64,000 nucleotides of DNA, taken from positions 664,252 through 728,251 of the forward strand of contig NMRA01000067.1 in the NCBI GenBank assembly GCA_002633005.1, written 5' to 3'. Each line of letters begins with the position of its first letter. Position 1 is the first letter of the stretch. This document shows positions 42,277 through 56,178 of this stretch, in pieces. A program made the translations under genes and the position numbers. The notes beneath the pieces are model-generated. The model was not told the origin of the DNA, ran no database searches, and saw only the letters and a program-made list of their open reading frames with translations. The stretch is from Phoronis australis. Lineage: Eukaryota; Animalia; Phoronida.

Positions 42277-42872
42277 TATGAGGATGACAGCAAAAATAGA
42301 AAAAATCAGGTAACTAACAGAGCCATAAGGGTTCAGCAGTCCAAAATTTCTTATGATTAATTTTTTTTAAATATATGTTTTTCTACAATCATGTACAATC
42401 CTTGTGCTAAGTGGAAATGGGGCCGGCCAGTTTCCTCTTGAAGCCCCCATGGATACCTACTGTTCCCTTTACTGACTCACAATATTACAATCCACTGATA
42501 AAAAATTTTCCTAAAAGTGAGGGGATATGTTGGTTAATTATGAGACAAATGGAAATATTTGGTCATGCAGAAAATTATTGTGTTTAAGATTTTAACAGGC
42601 TGGTGGCATTACAAGGAAGAACAGATATAAAGAAATATCATTTCAACATATCATTAAAAATTTGACTAGTAACTGTCATTACTATCTTTTATTGTTGTTT
42701 CAGTAAAAATCAGAGAGCTAAACTAATTCTAGTTAGCTAGCTATAACAGACATAAGTAGACTAGGCTCAAAATATAGAGAACGATGTCGCTAAAAAGTTG
42801 GTAATTTAAGTGAAGCCGGCTTTTTCAGTACACTCTAACTCGACTTGCAATCCTCTTGCAACAGAACTCACA

Positions 42873-45800
42873 TCAAAATGTGGGGAAGTTTTTACAATTC
42901 TGACATTCAAATGACACTTGACCTTGTCATACCGTGGGCCATTTACAAGAAACACTATCTGATGAACACCATTTTCTTACATCACTCTTCTGCTTTTGTA
43001 ATAAAGAAATGTCAGGGGTTGATTTCCAAACAGTAGGCTTGTGACAGTTAAACGCACAAACCATTTGCTCGATTTTTGGTTTGGTAAAGTGACATCTTTT
43101 GGGAGATGATGCACTTTCACCGAAGCAAAATTTCCTCAGAATTTGGTTCGCTGGTAATAAAGAACTCAAAACCACCAATGATTTAATACAGCCACTTCGG
43201 CAATTCGTTGTGAACTTTGCACTAACTTGAGAAAAAAAAACAGTAGATTGAAGAATAGTCCTAGGCGAAAACAGAAGATGTACAACAGATGGCGCTCAAA
43301 GTTGACGCATCTGATCACTCCATTCAAGCGAAGAATAATGAACTGATGGCATTGTTTCGTAACCAAGTTAATCTACTCAAGGTGAAGTCAGTCTTAATAA
43401 AATCACTTTTGTATCAGAATTCCTTTGGTTCATAACTCAGACTAATATAAAGCTGTATATTTATACAACTTTGTCCCAATGCCAAACTTCTATAAATTGT
43501 GATTCCAGCGTTCATTTTTTTTGCATTCTGGCCTTGTAGACTGAATGTGTTTACCGTAAACATTCAGGTTAACCTCCTGGGCATGTTTATGGAAAGCCTG
43601 GAAATGGGAAAAGAGTGAGTATGGGTGTTAACTCGAATGTTTATGATTTTCAAAAACAATTCGCAATTTTTCTTCTGATTCAAATTTGTCATCATTTTGC
43701 ATGTTGTTTCTTAATGTGTTTTCACCATAACTTTGACACTTTTTTGAAAACCACTGTAACTGCACTAATGTACTGATACAAACATTTTAAAAAATAAAAC
43801 TTAACTCTATAATAAATTGAATTAACAAACCCGGTGCAAAAATTTGTGGTGTAGAATGGAACACAAGCCTTAGTTCCATTCAAAATGATTTAACATCTTT
43901 TTCAAGTCATGAAATTTAAGCTAGGTGTGCCTTTCACTATCATTTTCACCTGCTCCTATCTGAGATGAGAAAACAAAGATTTTAATGACTTGAGCTCTCA
44001 GATAACACTACAAACATCAATTAAGCTATCAGCCAGAGTATTGTGAAAGTCACAGTCCAGATTAGCATAGTGGATAAGGTCAAAAAACACACAGCCTCTG
44101 TTGTAACAATGGTAACCATGGAGATTAAAGACATGTGTCAACCCTTCAAATGTCTCAAGATGGATTTAGAGTTAAAGCCATTAGAAAGCGTTTGTCTTAC
44201 TTTCAACAACATGTGTTAGAAGAGTGCTTTAGTCAATTGTTTGTTCTGCTGGCTTCAAAATATTTCCAAAAGAATAAGACCTCCTCCAGCACTCCTTCAA
44301 TAGAAGCCAGTCTTTATAAGAAGGGCAAAAATTAAAGGTGACATTATTTCCACTGGTGTGACCAACAGTTTGCACGACTCAAACAATTTGCAATAAGTAT
44401 TATTTTTAGGTTGTAAAAATAAAATTTTTCCACTGCAAATGAGTGTGTTCCAGCAAAATCGACTCAGGTCGGCCCACTCATTTCAAACAATAGACAACTG
44501 AAATGAGGGACAACAAAAACACTTNTCAAAATGTGGGGAAGTTTTTACAATTCTGACATTCAAATGACACTTGACCTTGTCATACCATCGGCCATTTACA
44601 AGAAACACTATCTGATGAACACCATTTTCTTACATCACTCTTCTGCTTTTGTAATAAAGAAATGTCAGGGGTTGATTTCCAAACAGTAGGCTTGTGACAG
44701 TTAAACGCACAAACCATTTGCTTGATTTTTGGTTTGGTAAAATGACATCTTTTGGGAGATGATGCACTTTCACCGAAGCAAAATGTCCTCAGAATTTGGT
44801 TCGCTGGTAATAAAGAACTCAAAACCACCAATGGTTTAATACAGCCACTTCGGCAATTCGTTGTGAACTTTGCACTTACTTGTGAAAAAAGAACAGTAGA
44901 TTGAAGAATAGTCCTAGGCGAAAACAGAAGATGTACAACAGATGGCGCTCAAAGTTGACGCATCTGATCACTCCATTAAACTTAAGCGATGAATAATGAA
45001 CTGATGGCATTGTTTCTCAACCAAGTTAGTCTACTCAAGGTGAAGTCATTCTTAATAAAATCACTTTTGTATCAGAACTCCTTTGGTTCATAACTCAGAT
45101 CAATCCAAAGCTGTATATTTATACAACTTTGTCCCAATGCCAAACTCATGCAGGTCCTTGGCAACAGCAATAAAATTTCTAACAAAAGGAAAAGATGCAT
45201 TGATAAAGGTATTTTTATAAACATGTTTCTAACCAGGCTTGCATTAAAATAGCATCAAACATTCTGTGCAGTAGCAGTAGTAATTCCAATCAATAATTAT
45301 TTCTTTATAGCGTCACGTCTCGTCACAAATAAATTTGTTTGTAGGTGTAAACATTCTAAATATCGTATTTACCCTCTCAATGTACTGTAACTTTATTGTC
45401 ATTACAACCAGTTACTAAATCATTATTATGTTAAACTTGTATAAATTGTGATTACAGTGTTCATTTTTTTCGTTCTGGCCTTGTAGACTGAATGTTAACC
45501 TCCTGGGCATTTTTATGGAAAGCCTGGAAATGGGTGTTAACTCGAATGTTTATGGTTTTCAAAAACAATTTGCAATTTTTCTTCTGATTGAAATTTGTCA
45601 TCATTTTGCATATAGTTTCTTAATGTGTTTTCACCATAACTTTGACACCGTTTTGAAAACCACTGTAACTGCACTAATGTACTGATTCAAACATTTTAAA
45701 AAATAAAACTTAACTCTATAATAAATTGAATTAACAAACCCGGTGCAAAAATTTGTGGTGTAGAATGGAACACAAGCCTTAGTTCCATTCAAAATGATTT

Positions 45801-46433
45801 AACATCTTTTTCAAGTCATGAAATTTAAGCTAGGTGTGCCTTTCACTATCATTTTCACCTGCTCCTATCTGAGATGAGAAAACAAAGATTTTAATGACTT
45901 GAGCTCTCAGATAACACTACAAACATCAATTAAGCTATCAGCCAGAGTATTGTGAAAGTCACAGTCCAGATTAGCATAGTGGATAAGGTCAAAAAACACA
46001 CAGCCTCTGTTGTAACAATGGTAACCATGGAGATTAAAGACATGTGTCAACCCTTCAAATGTCTCAAGATGGGCTTAGAATTAAAGCCATTAGAAAGCGT
46101 TTGTCTTACTTTCAACAGCATGTGTTAGAAGAGTGCTTTAGTCAATTGTTTGTTCTGCTGGCTTCAAAATATTTCCAAAAGAATAAGACCTCCTCCAGCA
46201 CTCCTTCAATAGAAGCCAGTCTTTATAAGAAGGGCAAAAATTAAAGGTGACATTATTTCCACTGGTGTGACCAACAGTTTGCACGACTCAAACAATTTGC
46301 AATAAGTATTATTTTTAGGTTGTAAAAATAAAATTTTTCCACTGCAAATGAGTGTGTTCCAGCAAAATCGACTCAGGTCGGCCCACTCATTTCAAACAAT
46401 AGACAACTGAAATGAGGGACAACAAAAACACTT
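42873..46433. repeat. Tandem 1.65/1.9-kb duplication across a single 'n' (44525); probable haplotype/assembly artefact
   Basis: 42873-44524 matches 44526-46433 apart from scattered SNPs and indels. This produces the duplicated ORF pairs 42927/44580 and 44135/46044. Confidence 0.92.
43554..43646. mobile_element. 93-bp mini-MITE related to the 56179 element
   Basis: TA|CCGTAAACATTCAGGTTAACCTCC ... GGGTGTTAACTCGAATGTTTATGA, with the same CCGTAAAC...TAACACCC TIR pattern. Confidence 0.6.
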
Positions 46434-47043
46434 CAAGATAAGTGGGGGATCCAGAATGACTCAAAGAGAGCCAACTACAGTTATCAAAGGTAAAGCGGCA
46501 CAGGAGATGTTTTTTCCTCGGTCATGCCTAGACAGGTGGGGAAGGCATGGATCCATGATGTTTATTAAAAACACTGTCCTTAGAGAGACAACATGTAAAT
46601 GTTTTGCAGAGTATGCCTATAGACGAAGGAATGTTTCCATCACTCATTATCAATAAGCAGTGTTTGAAGAACCAGATCATGATAGAGTGTCAATTACCTA
46701 GCCAGGTGAGTATTATCACCTATGGCACACCTGTTATGGCGATAGCAAAACTGCAAAACATGACCATTTAAGCAAGCAGAGCAAAGTAGGGCTGATAAGT
46801 ATGTCGCAAAACATCAAAGACCACTATTGGATGGGGCACTTTGACGATAGGATTTGTGTTAACCTGACATTTACTTAACTGCTTTAAAGCTAAATTTCTC
46901 AAAATGAATACAAAACGAAGCAAATTGATAATACATAGGGGAATTAGTGGGTGAAAGTCTGGCCACATTAAGCTCTTGAAGTTTTCAGTACCAAAATTAT
47001 TTATTTTTTTACCATCAGCAAAGCATCGGCACTACTTTTGGGT

Positions 47044-47139
47044 AAATGAATAATAAGGGACCTTTCAACCATACCACAACTTACAACCAAATGAATTTTA
47101 AGGGACCTTTCAACCACACCACAACTTACAACCAAATGA
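47044..47139. repeat. Tandem duplication, 2 x 45 bp
   Basis: AAATGAAT..TAAGGGACCTTTCAACCA(T/C)ACCACAACTTACAACC occurs twice. Confidence 0.93.
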
Positions 47140-47868
47140 CTAAACAAAATGACCGATATGTCATTCAAAAAGTCATACATATTTTATACAATTTTAATTG
47201 TGCAAACCATTTAGATAATAACTCTACACTGCCGGACAAAACTGTTGTGTGAGGGCAGTCAACAACTGCATCAATGATGTGAACTGGTTTGTGAAATTTG
47301 ATTAGAGCTTACTATTAATCAAATAAAAGAAATATCTACTTAGCTTTAGTCTAGACATACAGTACTCTGAACGATAAATTAATAAACAAAGAATTCTCAA
47401 CCGGTACTGTTTCTTTTTAGATATTTTGCCTATGAATAGGCCTACTGACATTCTAAAGCACATTTCGGAAAAGTTTCAAAACTTCCTTTCAGTTTTAATC
47501 AACGCAAATAATACTAACAATTAAGGAATTTATCTAAGTCTGAGCTGGCTTTTTAAAAGCAATACCTGAAGTTCAAGTCAAGCCAGAGAAACCGCAATTG
47601 GCACCAGTTTCAATAGCAAACGATAATTGCTGGATGAAAACTACAAGATATATTTGCATGTTCCTAACTATGCTAATGTATAGCTGAATGACATAACATA
47701 ACTTATGCTAAAATAAAGTGCAGTTGTATTCATTGACAAGTTGTAAATGTGAAAACAAAAAGTTCTGCAAATAGGTGACCTTTGCACCAATGACATTCCT
47801 GGGGGCTGAAATAGCCTGCATCACCCAGTGTTTAATTATTCCCCACCAGCACCACATTACATACTTAC

Positions 47869-47907
47869 TGGACACGGTTCAGTGATTTGCGGTGTTTCGA
47901 GACAAAA
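47869..47907 (-). other. Candidate 39-nt exon
   Basis: tgccaatctttttgcaaccag|TTTTGTCTCG...GTGTCCA|gtaagt. Length is 3n, with 3 CpGs in a CpG-poor context; phase 2 reads FVSKHRKSLNRV. Confidence 0.4.
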
Positions 47908-50900
47908 CTGGTTGCAAAAAGATTGGCAATTTTCAACCTACTTCATATTCACATCATTGCTATGTGTTGTGTTTCAAATTTGACCAAGCAATCACAGAGA
48001 TAAGGAATACGGTAGCATGCAAGTTCCATTTTAAAAACATTAAAATACCAAAAGACTATAGTTTTCAATGCAGCAAAAATTTAAGCACTTCTCTCAGGAC
48101 ATGAATTATGTACCACTGAATGTTAAATTGAGGGCGTAGGCGTGGGGATGAGAAAATGATACTTGTACATTTAAAAAGTTCCGGTACTCTGATTCAGAGC
48201 CAAGGAAATACAAAGAATTACCTTCAGGAACAAATAGTTGACATTGTTCACATTAGAGCCAATCAGTGGGTTTAAATGGGGGACGGAAAAGGTAAATTGA
48301 CAGAACAGAGATGTTTAATTTAAAATTTCAATTCTGATGTAGTTTCATATCTCAGGGTTATCTGCCGCACACTCGTGACAGATGAATCACAAATAGGTAA
48401 GTCAAATCCTGACAGCTATAATCTTTAGTAAACACGGCAGTTTGAGTTACAGTTTAAAAAGTGACAAATATAATGTTGACATTAAATAAGTGATTAACTC
48501 AATCCGATAGTACAGTTACAATACACAGTGTGTGAAGTCAAAACAGAGGGAGAACATGCCGGCCATTTGGAATTAGAGACCTTGTTTTATAAATTACCAC
48601 ATCCTATCATTGAGTAAATTAAAGTCAAACAAAATTAAAATGTCAATTCAGAAGTCAACAAGGAGAACGGGAAATTCTCCTGGACAATAAGAGCACTGCA
48701 GTGAGGAACATTCAGGCATTCAACCTTGGACTAGCAAAGGTAACACAACTAATTTTAAGAAATTGCCAATTATAGTTGCAGAGTACAAAAACACTAGTCA
48801 ATTGAGTTTCTACTGGGAAAGTGAGGGTTTGTTATAAGTCTACCTAAAAGTAAAAATACAATACAATTTCCATTTATTCACCTGGGAACTTACAGAAATT
48901 ATGACATTGTAAATAATGAGTTTAAGTTGTTGATCACATACAATAACTGACTTAGTATGATCAAAATTCTCCAATTTGAGCCAGTTCGAGCTTGTACCAA
49001 ATTTTAGAAATAGCCAATAATGGCCATCCCAAACACAAGAATTACCAGAAAGATGGCAAAATTACCCACCCTGCTGATTGAAAGCATTAGTCTGAAATTT
49101 CAGAAATATGATGAGCGCCAAAATCGCTTTTGTCCCAAAATCCATAATGATCATAGAAAATTCAATTTTTGTGGGAGTTTCCGCGTCTCAAATTCTAGAA
49201 ACTGTCCATAATACCATACAGACTATTTTGACACATAACAAATTTTACCTTTAAAAAACAAATTACATACATGCACCATCCGATCTAATAATCTCACCAG
49301 GGAATATTAATAGCTTTGGTCACAGTAGCATAACCACAACCCTCGTCATACCAGTGTTGACTATCAAGCAACCATTTACACTGTTTTTTATCATGGCTCA
49401 TGCTGATTATAAATCAAGTGTGTGTCATCAATGTTAAAGACAGGTAATCCTAGTAATACCTGTAGCTGCACCTGTGCCTACACTTTAAGCCATGAGAACA
49501 CAACTGCACCTGATGACTAACTCCAGTATTACTGCTACTTTAAAGACTGACCAACCCATTCAATGTCCTTTCATACTAACCTAACTGTGGTATGAGAGGA
49601 GCAATGTTAACTGCAAAGTTAGTTGAACCATTCATACCAGCTTTGATAGTAAACGGAAATCAAAGTAAGCAGTTGATGATGCTGTTGTCATTGAAGTAAA
49701 TGCGGTTAAGCCGTGCTTGAAGTTGACAGTTCATACTGCGCCGAACCATCTTTGCTCCTCCGCTAAACACGCCTCTTAAGTTCAAATATAACTAGCCACC
49801 ATTAACTTCAATCCAGCACTGAAGGTAACCGTTCATACTGACCGCAACTCACCAAAGCATCGATGCATCGAAAGGGCTGGTAGTGCAATGCAGTGACCAA
49901 CCTGAGCCTTTCTAATATGCAACACAATTATGACATGCAATCAGTTTAAGGGACATTATTGGTTTTACGGCCAAAAAAAAACCTTATGAGGATTATTATT
50001 GAAAGAGACAGATTTCTTGAAGTCATTACCTTTGGCCAGAGATATGTTTTTTTGTGATTTTATTACAAATTTCCAATTCTCGCCGTTGCTTCCCAGACAC
50101 TCATTGAAAATCAACATTCGTGTTTTTACCAATTTAAATACTCTTAAAATACCCTGCAGCGGATTTCGCACAACAACACAGCATTCGGGATCTCATTGCG
50201 AAGCTTAGTGGGTTCGAGTCCTAACTACTACTGATTTCAGTGGAATTACTTTTCTCACCACTCTTTAGTATGTCCATTCAACCTACAACTGTAGAAACAT
50301 GGGCTAAGCACATCTTTAATCATTTTAATCCAATCAGATCAAACTGGAATAATCCTCCAAGAAGGGATGGTTAGGTTTCATTGACCCCACGTTGACACTG
50401 AAAATGGACCGCATAAAATTTTTCTCTTTGTTTGCAGAGATGTGTTGAGTACGGAATAAACAGAGTGATCTTTTAATATTAAAAAAGTACAGTGGTACGG
50501 TTACATATTCGTTTAATTGGTAAAAAATAAATAACATAACTGAATCACTAATTTGACTTCTCCAGTAGGCAGGAATATTGTTCACCCACTTCTTTATCAC
50601 AGCAGTCAGGTAGTCCATATAAATTTATCACTCCTTCTCCTCCAAATTAAATCATGTGTAAACATCCTGCAATTCCAAAACTGTTGACAAACCGCCAGGA
50701 CATTAAACTGTACCGTTACACACATTTAGAGGTGCAACAAAAAAATTAATCCTATGTCATGAAATATGTGTTGATAAGCTGTGTTTGATGCAGACAAAAG
50801 GATCGCCATGTAAATCCCAAATCAAATATTCAAACAGACAGGATGTCTCGGAACACATGTTCAACACACCTGACTTCACATAAATAAAAACATCGGCAAA

Positions 50901-51858
50901 TCAAAAAGTAAATCAGGGTTCAGATTCAGCAGAAGAGCCAAAATGTTCCAGGTTTTGCAGGTTGACTTTGAAAAAGCATTAAAATGCCTGTGGTTGTTTC
51001 ATGGTTTCAGTTAAACCAGTAGCAAGGGTTAAACCTTTTGCTTTTGCTTCAAGTTTCAAAAGTGAGAATTTTTAAAGTTCTAACCCTGAAAATTGCTTAG
51101 GTATTATGCCACTTTACTATTTATCCCATTAAAGTCTATTTCACAAATTTATTATTGCAGGGAACTGAAAAATAGCGAAAGGCAATTAAAAGGCTTGCTT
51201 AAGTTAGGAGAATCCCCTCACATAGGTCCTTTTCACAAAAATGACTGATATCTTTACAAAGCTAAACTGGGTATGAATAGCACTACATAAAATAAGCACA
51301 GTTTAGTCAAATTAAGATGAGGATCAGTGGATTCCTGTTGCAGCCATTTCATGTCAGTTCTTCATTTAGCCCCGTTTAGCTGGATGAAAAAGGAAACAAA
51401 ATTAGACCTTTTACCCTTAAAAAATGGTCTCACAATATTTCTTACTGTGATTGCATTATGTTTCCTTAGCAACCAGATCTTTGAACCATCAGCAACTCAA
51501 GAAAACGATCAGAGTTTATTGAGGTTGGACAATCCTAAAAAAATTGCGCGTGCACACATTGTATGTGGCTTGAGTTGTAACTTTTACAGTTGGCAAAGGA
51601 AATGGAATCCTATCATAGCAAGGAATATAACCAGACCAACTTTAATGAGAGCTTTCAATTTTTATCTAGCTAAACACAGTGATAGGCACTGAGAGTTCAA
51701 ACTGTATGAAAGCATAGTCTTTTATAGGAAAAAAGATAAAAATTTAAAATATCTCCAATTTTGAACACAACACAGCAGAAATGGATAATAGTTTTTTTAT
51801 TTTTAATGATTCCTTTTTTTACAAAATATACTTAGCACCAAAATTTTATAATTTTTTA

Positions 51859-52644
51859 AAATATTTAACTATAACAGTTCCTGTAGACCGAACAACATTT
51901 AGAATAACCCAATCCATTCACAACTGACAATGTTGGAGGATCTTGGAAATCTAAGAAATTATCTTTGTCTGAAATTGGTGAGATGATATCCTAGAGCCAG
52001 ACTTAAGGGTACTAGCCAATATTTTGACAGGGGTGCAGCGGGTAAATTAGAATACCTACCCAACCAGACAGTAGACTGGAAAAAGGGACCCACTTATAAG
52101 GAAAAAGTCACCTTGTTCCAAAAATGCCACCCTTTTATAAAGGGTAATACCATGACCAAACCAAAACATCTCATAGGAATTCTTAAACAGTTCAAGAGAT
52201 TCCTGAAACAGACCAAGAAGAGTTAGCATGATGTCAAAAAATGAGTTAATCTGTTGCAAAAAAGTTTTAAAAATAAAGGAAAATGAACGTTTTGTAAAGT
52301 TTGAAACTTCCAAATTGATCTCTGACAGAGGGAATTTNAAATATTTAACTATAACAGTTCCTGTAGACCGAACAACATTGGAATGGAAAAAGGGACCCAC
52401 TTATAAGGAAAAAGTCACCTTGTTCCAAAAATGCCACCCTTTTATAAAGGGTAATACCATGACCAAACCAAAACATCTCATAGGAATTCTTAAACAGTTC
52501 AAGAGATTCCTGAAACAGACCAAGAAGAGTTAGCATGATGTCAAAAAATGAGTTAATCTGTTGCAAAAAAGTTTTAAAAATAAAGGAAAATGAACGTTTT
52601 GTAAAGTTTGAAACTTCCAAATTGATCTCTGACAGAGGGAATTT
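51859..52644. repeat. Tandem duplication across a single 'n' (52338); probable haplotype/assembly artefact
   Basis: 51859-52337 matches 52339-52644, except that 177 bp (51900-52076) is replaced by GGAA in copy 2. Confidence 0.9.
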
Positions 52645-52739
52645 TGTCCAAAACAGTGCCCTTCCTTAGGGAAATTAAGTGTTGAAATTACCCTCCTGAA
52701 AAGCACATCCTATGTACCTCTTCTATTGGAGTACCCCCC
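52007..52739. mobile_element. Non-autonomous TIR element with GGGTACT...AGTACCCCCC ends (length inflated by the assembly duplication)
   Basis: Left end GGGTACTAGCCAATA versus right-end reverse complement GGGGTACTCCAATAG. A related copy lies at ~15235. Confidence 0.55.
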
Positions 52740-54880
52740 AGTAATCCTAAATTCCTACAAACTTGCAGATTTACAAAATGATGTAGGCTGCAGTTAAAAA
52801 CATTTCGCAGAGTCACCAGCTTTGTATAAGCTTAGTTAGAGTGTTTATTTAGAGATCGACATATGTCCCGGATAATAGATAAATGATACGTGCGTCGCAA
52901 GCTCGTTACCAGAGATGAAAGGAGACTGATGTAGGCGATATAAGGTCATTTATTATGACTAGTACAATTACAATAAAATGAATACAGGTAAATAAGTATA
53001 ATAGGTAATCTCTGGTAAGATGGGCAATAAAAAGCGCCNTGAAATTTAGACAACTGCAGAGGAAGTTATCTCAAAGTTCAATTTGGAATAATTAAATTGC
53101 TGTGTACTCTGATTTCAAAATAATCTTCTATCTGCAGACCTTGGTCTGCCTTTGTCTAGACATCACAGATAACAGAACAAAACATTTTATCTATAAGGGT
53201 GGACGAAATGAAATTCATGGAAAAATTAAATGCCAGCAAGGAATTTAATGCTAAATTAATAAACATGTTTATCACTTTCACAAAACTCTTTTAACTGAGA
53301 TAAAAGTGATTGTTGCCTTGAATAGCATGTTGCAAGACTTGTTTAGAAATACTTTGGATATTTCAGTTTTCTCCACGACTTTATTAATTAAACAAGTGTT
53401 CCTGTTACTTTACAACACAGCCTCAAGCACACAACTGTTAACAATTAATGCCTTTGCATTGGCTGCACATGATTCACTTCAACAGTTGTACCCGGTCAAC
53501 CGGCTGAGGCATCTGATTGGTCTGTATGTCGGAAGACCTCACCGTGAACCAATCAGACGCCTTTAACCGGAGTGCAGCTCAGTAAGCATAATTTGACAGT
53601 TGTGCAAAATCAATAGCAATTTATGATCCCAAGGTTCATGATAGAGTTATAAATTAACCACGCTTTTTCAAAAACTGAAACAAGAGAGTAGGTAGGTCTG
53701 TATAAATGGACATCAACATATAAATACTATATTTCTAAACACTTAAACTCATAGAACCTATCTTCTCTGTCTGAAAACTTATATAAAGAGGTGCTACATG
53801 ACTAGATTCACTGTGACGGAAATGACGCCATTTTCCATATAATTATGTGATAATGGAGACATACTGGAAATCCATTATTACCACATTCGGATTTCCTGAG
53901 AATGATTGAATTCAGCAAGACTCATGGAGTTTGAATGTGGAAAATAAGATTACAATAATATAATCGACGGTTTTAATTAAGATGCACAATTTGGTTGAAA
54001 TATGTGATTTAAGATGTTTTAGGTTCCAGATGGTTAATGGTGACCCCTAAAAAGGTTACAGGGTCAGAAAATTGGAACCCATAATTTTTCAACAGTTTAC
54101 ACCCACATCAGCCAAAAACAAAAATAAATGTGAGCACACAAATCTTACAGAGGCGTATTTTATGACATTCCATACCACATTAAGAACCAAATACACGTTT
54201 GAGATGCTTCATACACCACTCTAGTAAAAACCAAACTCCCAGGGACTGAAAAAACAAGAGATGAAAAATCGCTCTCGCTGAATAATTCAACCATAAAAGC
54301 ATTGAAGATAACTTTCTGGAAACTAGAATTATATTAGACAATCTACACACATCCTGTGGACACCGCGGTACATTTTTCCGGACAGATAACCACTGATTTT
54401 TTCAGCAGACACTTGTGCCACCTATTATCTGGAAAAATCAACTACCCTAGCATTCAAACATATGAAAACTTGGGATCAGCAATCTGGTGTCCTTACAATG
54501 AAAATGTCAGTTTCAACCATGCAGTATGCACATGCATACTAAACTTCCATCTTGTAAGCAACAGTACTAGGGACTGTCCTGTGGTGGCTCAACACAACAA
54601 ACTTTGCCACCTAATGTTAAATCTGTATCTGCATTTCGTCTCTAACTTCAAGTGTGCCATGTGGACAAATTGCCATCAGAGACAAGAATGAAATGTTAGG
54701 ACCAGTTTAGAAACAATTGAGCGAGCCAATCATCATGACGACCAAACTGAGAATTCCAATGCACCAATGCGGCTGGATAATGTAAAAACAAATCCTGCCA
54801 ATTTCCACAGAAAGTTTACTCTCAAGAAATTCTCAGTCAAATAGTAACAAGCAGAGAACAAAAACCTCGTAAGATACAGA

Positions 54881-55517
54881 CATCAAGATTTTTATCTCAG
54901 GCTGCGCATACAAGATTTTTATGTGGGGCTGCACATACAAAATTAATGTCTAAGGCTGAATAAACAAGATTTTTACTCAGAGGCTGTACATACAAGATTT
55001 TTATCTGAGGCTGTGCATACATGATTTTTATCTCGGGCTGTACAGCATACAAGATTTTTTTCAGGCTGCGTACACTAGATTTTTATCAGAGACTGGGCAT
55101 ACAAGATTTTTATTTGAGGCTGTTCAAACATGATTTTTACTCCGAAGCTGTACATACAAGATTTTTTTATCTGAGGCTATGCACACAAGATTTTTATCTG
55201 AGGCTGTGCATACAAAATTTTTTCAGAGGATGTGTATACAAAGATTTTCATCCGAGGCTGTGCATCCAAGATTTTTATCTGAAGCTAAATTACAGGCTGT
55301 GCATACAAGATTTTTATCTGAGACTGTGCATGCAAAATTCTTAACTGAGGTTGCGCATTTTTATTTGAAGCTGTGTGTACTGATTTTGATTTGAGTGTGT
55401 GCATACAAGACTTTCATCTAAGGCTGTGGATACAAGATTTTTACACAAGGCCATGCATACAAGATTTTAATTTGAAGTTGCATATGCGAGATTTTAATCT
55501 GAGGCTGCACATACAAG
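54881..55517. repeat. 27-bp minisatellite, ~23 degenerate copies
   Basis: Consensus CATACAAGATTTTTATCTGAGGCTGTG. It produces the CIQDFYLRL- and HTRFLSEAV-repeat ORFs. Confidence 0.95.
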
Positions 55518-56015
55518 TTAATTTTCAAAAACTCTATACTGTGTGCGTACCAGGTTTATGTACGTCAGTAGTACTGAATAGTCTCAGACACTGTGACAGG
55601 GGTGCCAAAATGACCAATGCATGACTGAAATTCTCAAATTATGAAGAATGATATTCAATACATGCCAAATACAAGTACATGGAAAGTTATGGAATGTTTG
55701 TATTGCGGGCAGAAAATCTTGTCTAGAGAATTCCTTCACATGCTGCAGAGTGTGGAGACAGATAATTGCAAAAATATATCTAATCTCAACAATTACTGGC
55801 GACTTGGCTTCAGAAAGCAATGTCATTAATAACCAGTCTTCAATAAGTAATACCATTGGCAATGAAGCGATATCAATTTTCTAAGCAAAGCCTGTAATCA
55901 TCCATATTGGTCATTCATCAGTGAATAGACATGACACCAGCAGTGACAAAAAGACCAGCATTGGGTGTCACAAGAAGGTATGTGCAACCTGGGAAATCAG
56001 AGGAGATCCACTCAC

Positions 56016-56039
56016 GTCACCCTAGGAATGATAAGTGGG
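56016..56039 (-). other. Candidate 24-nt microexon
   Basis: gtaacgaattctgtctgttccaccag|CCCACTTATCATTCCTAGGGTGAC|gtgagt. Length is 3n; phase 2 reads PLIIPRV. Confidence 0.33.
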
Positions 56040-56178
56040 CTGGTGGAACAGACAGAATTCGTTACACACAAACAAGTGCGAGAACTGACACCTTTTGGAG
56101 GGAGAGAGAAACTATATGCCTGTGACCTCTGTCTGAGCAATTTCAGTATCTTATGCATGTGGGTCACAATAATAAGTA

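Noticed and set aside
42927-46244. Duplicated ORF pairs suggesting a tandem gene family
   Set aside because: They are by-products of the duplication around the n at 44525 and are short, with no domain signal.
50205-50230. Pol III B-box GGTTCGAGTCC
   Set aside because: No properly spaced A-box and no acceptor-stem pairing, so not a tRNA gene.
53039-53039. Fourth single 'n' as another haplotype duplication
   Set aside because: I found no repeated flank on either side. It is only a contig join, so adjacency across it is uncertain.
55021-55624. Cys-repeat protein ORFs (CIQDFYLRL)n
   Set aside because: Translation of a 27-bp minisatellite with frequent frame-breaking indels.
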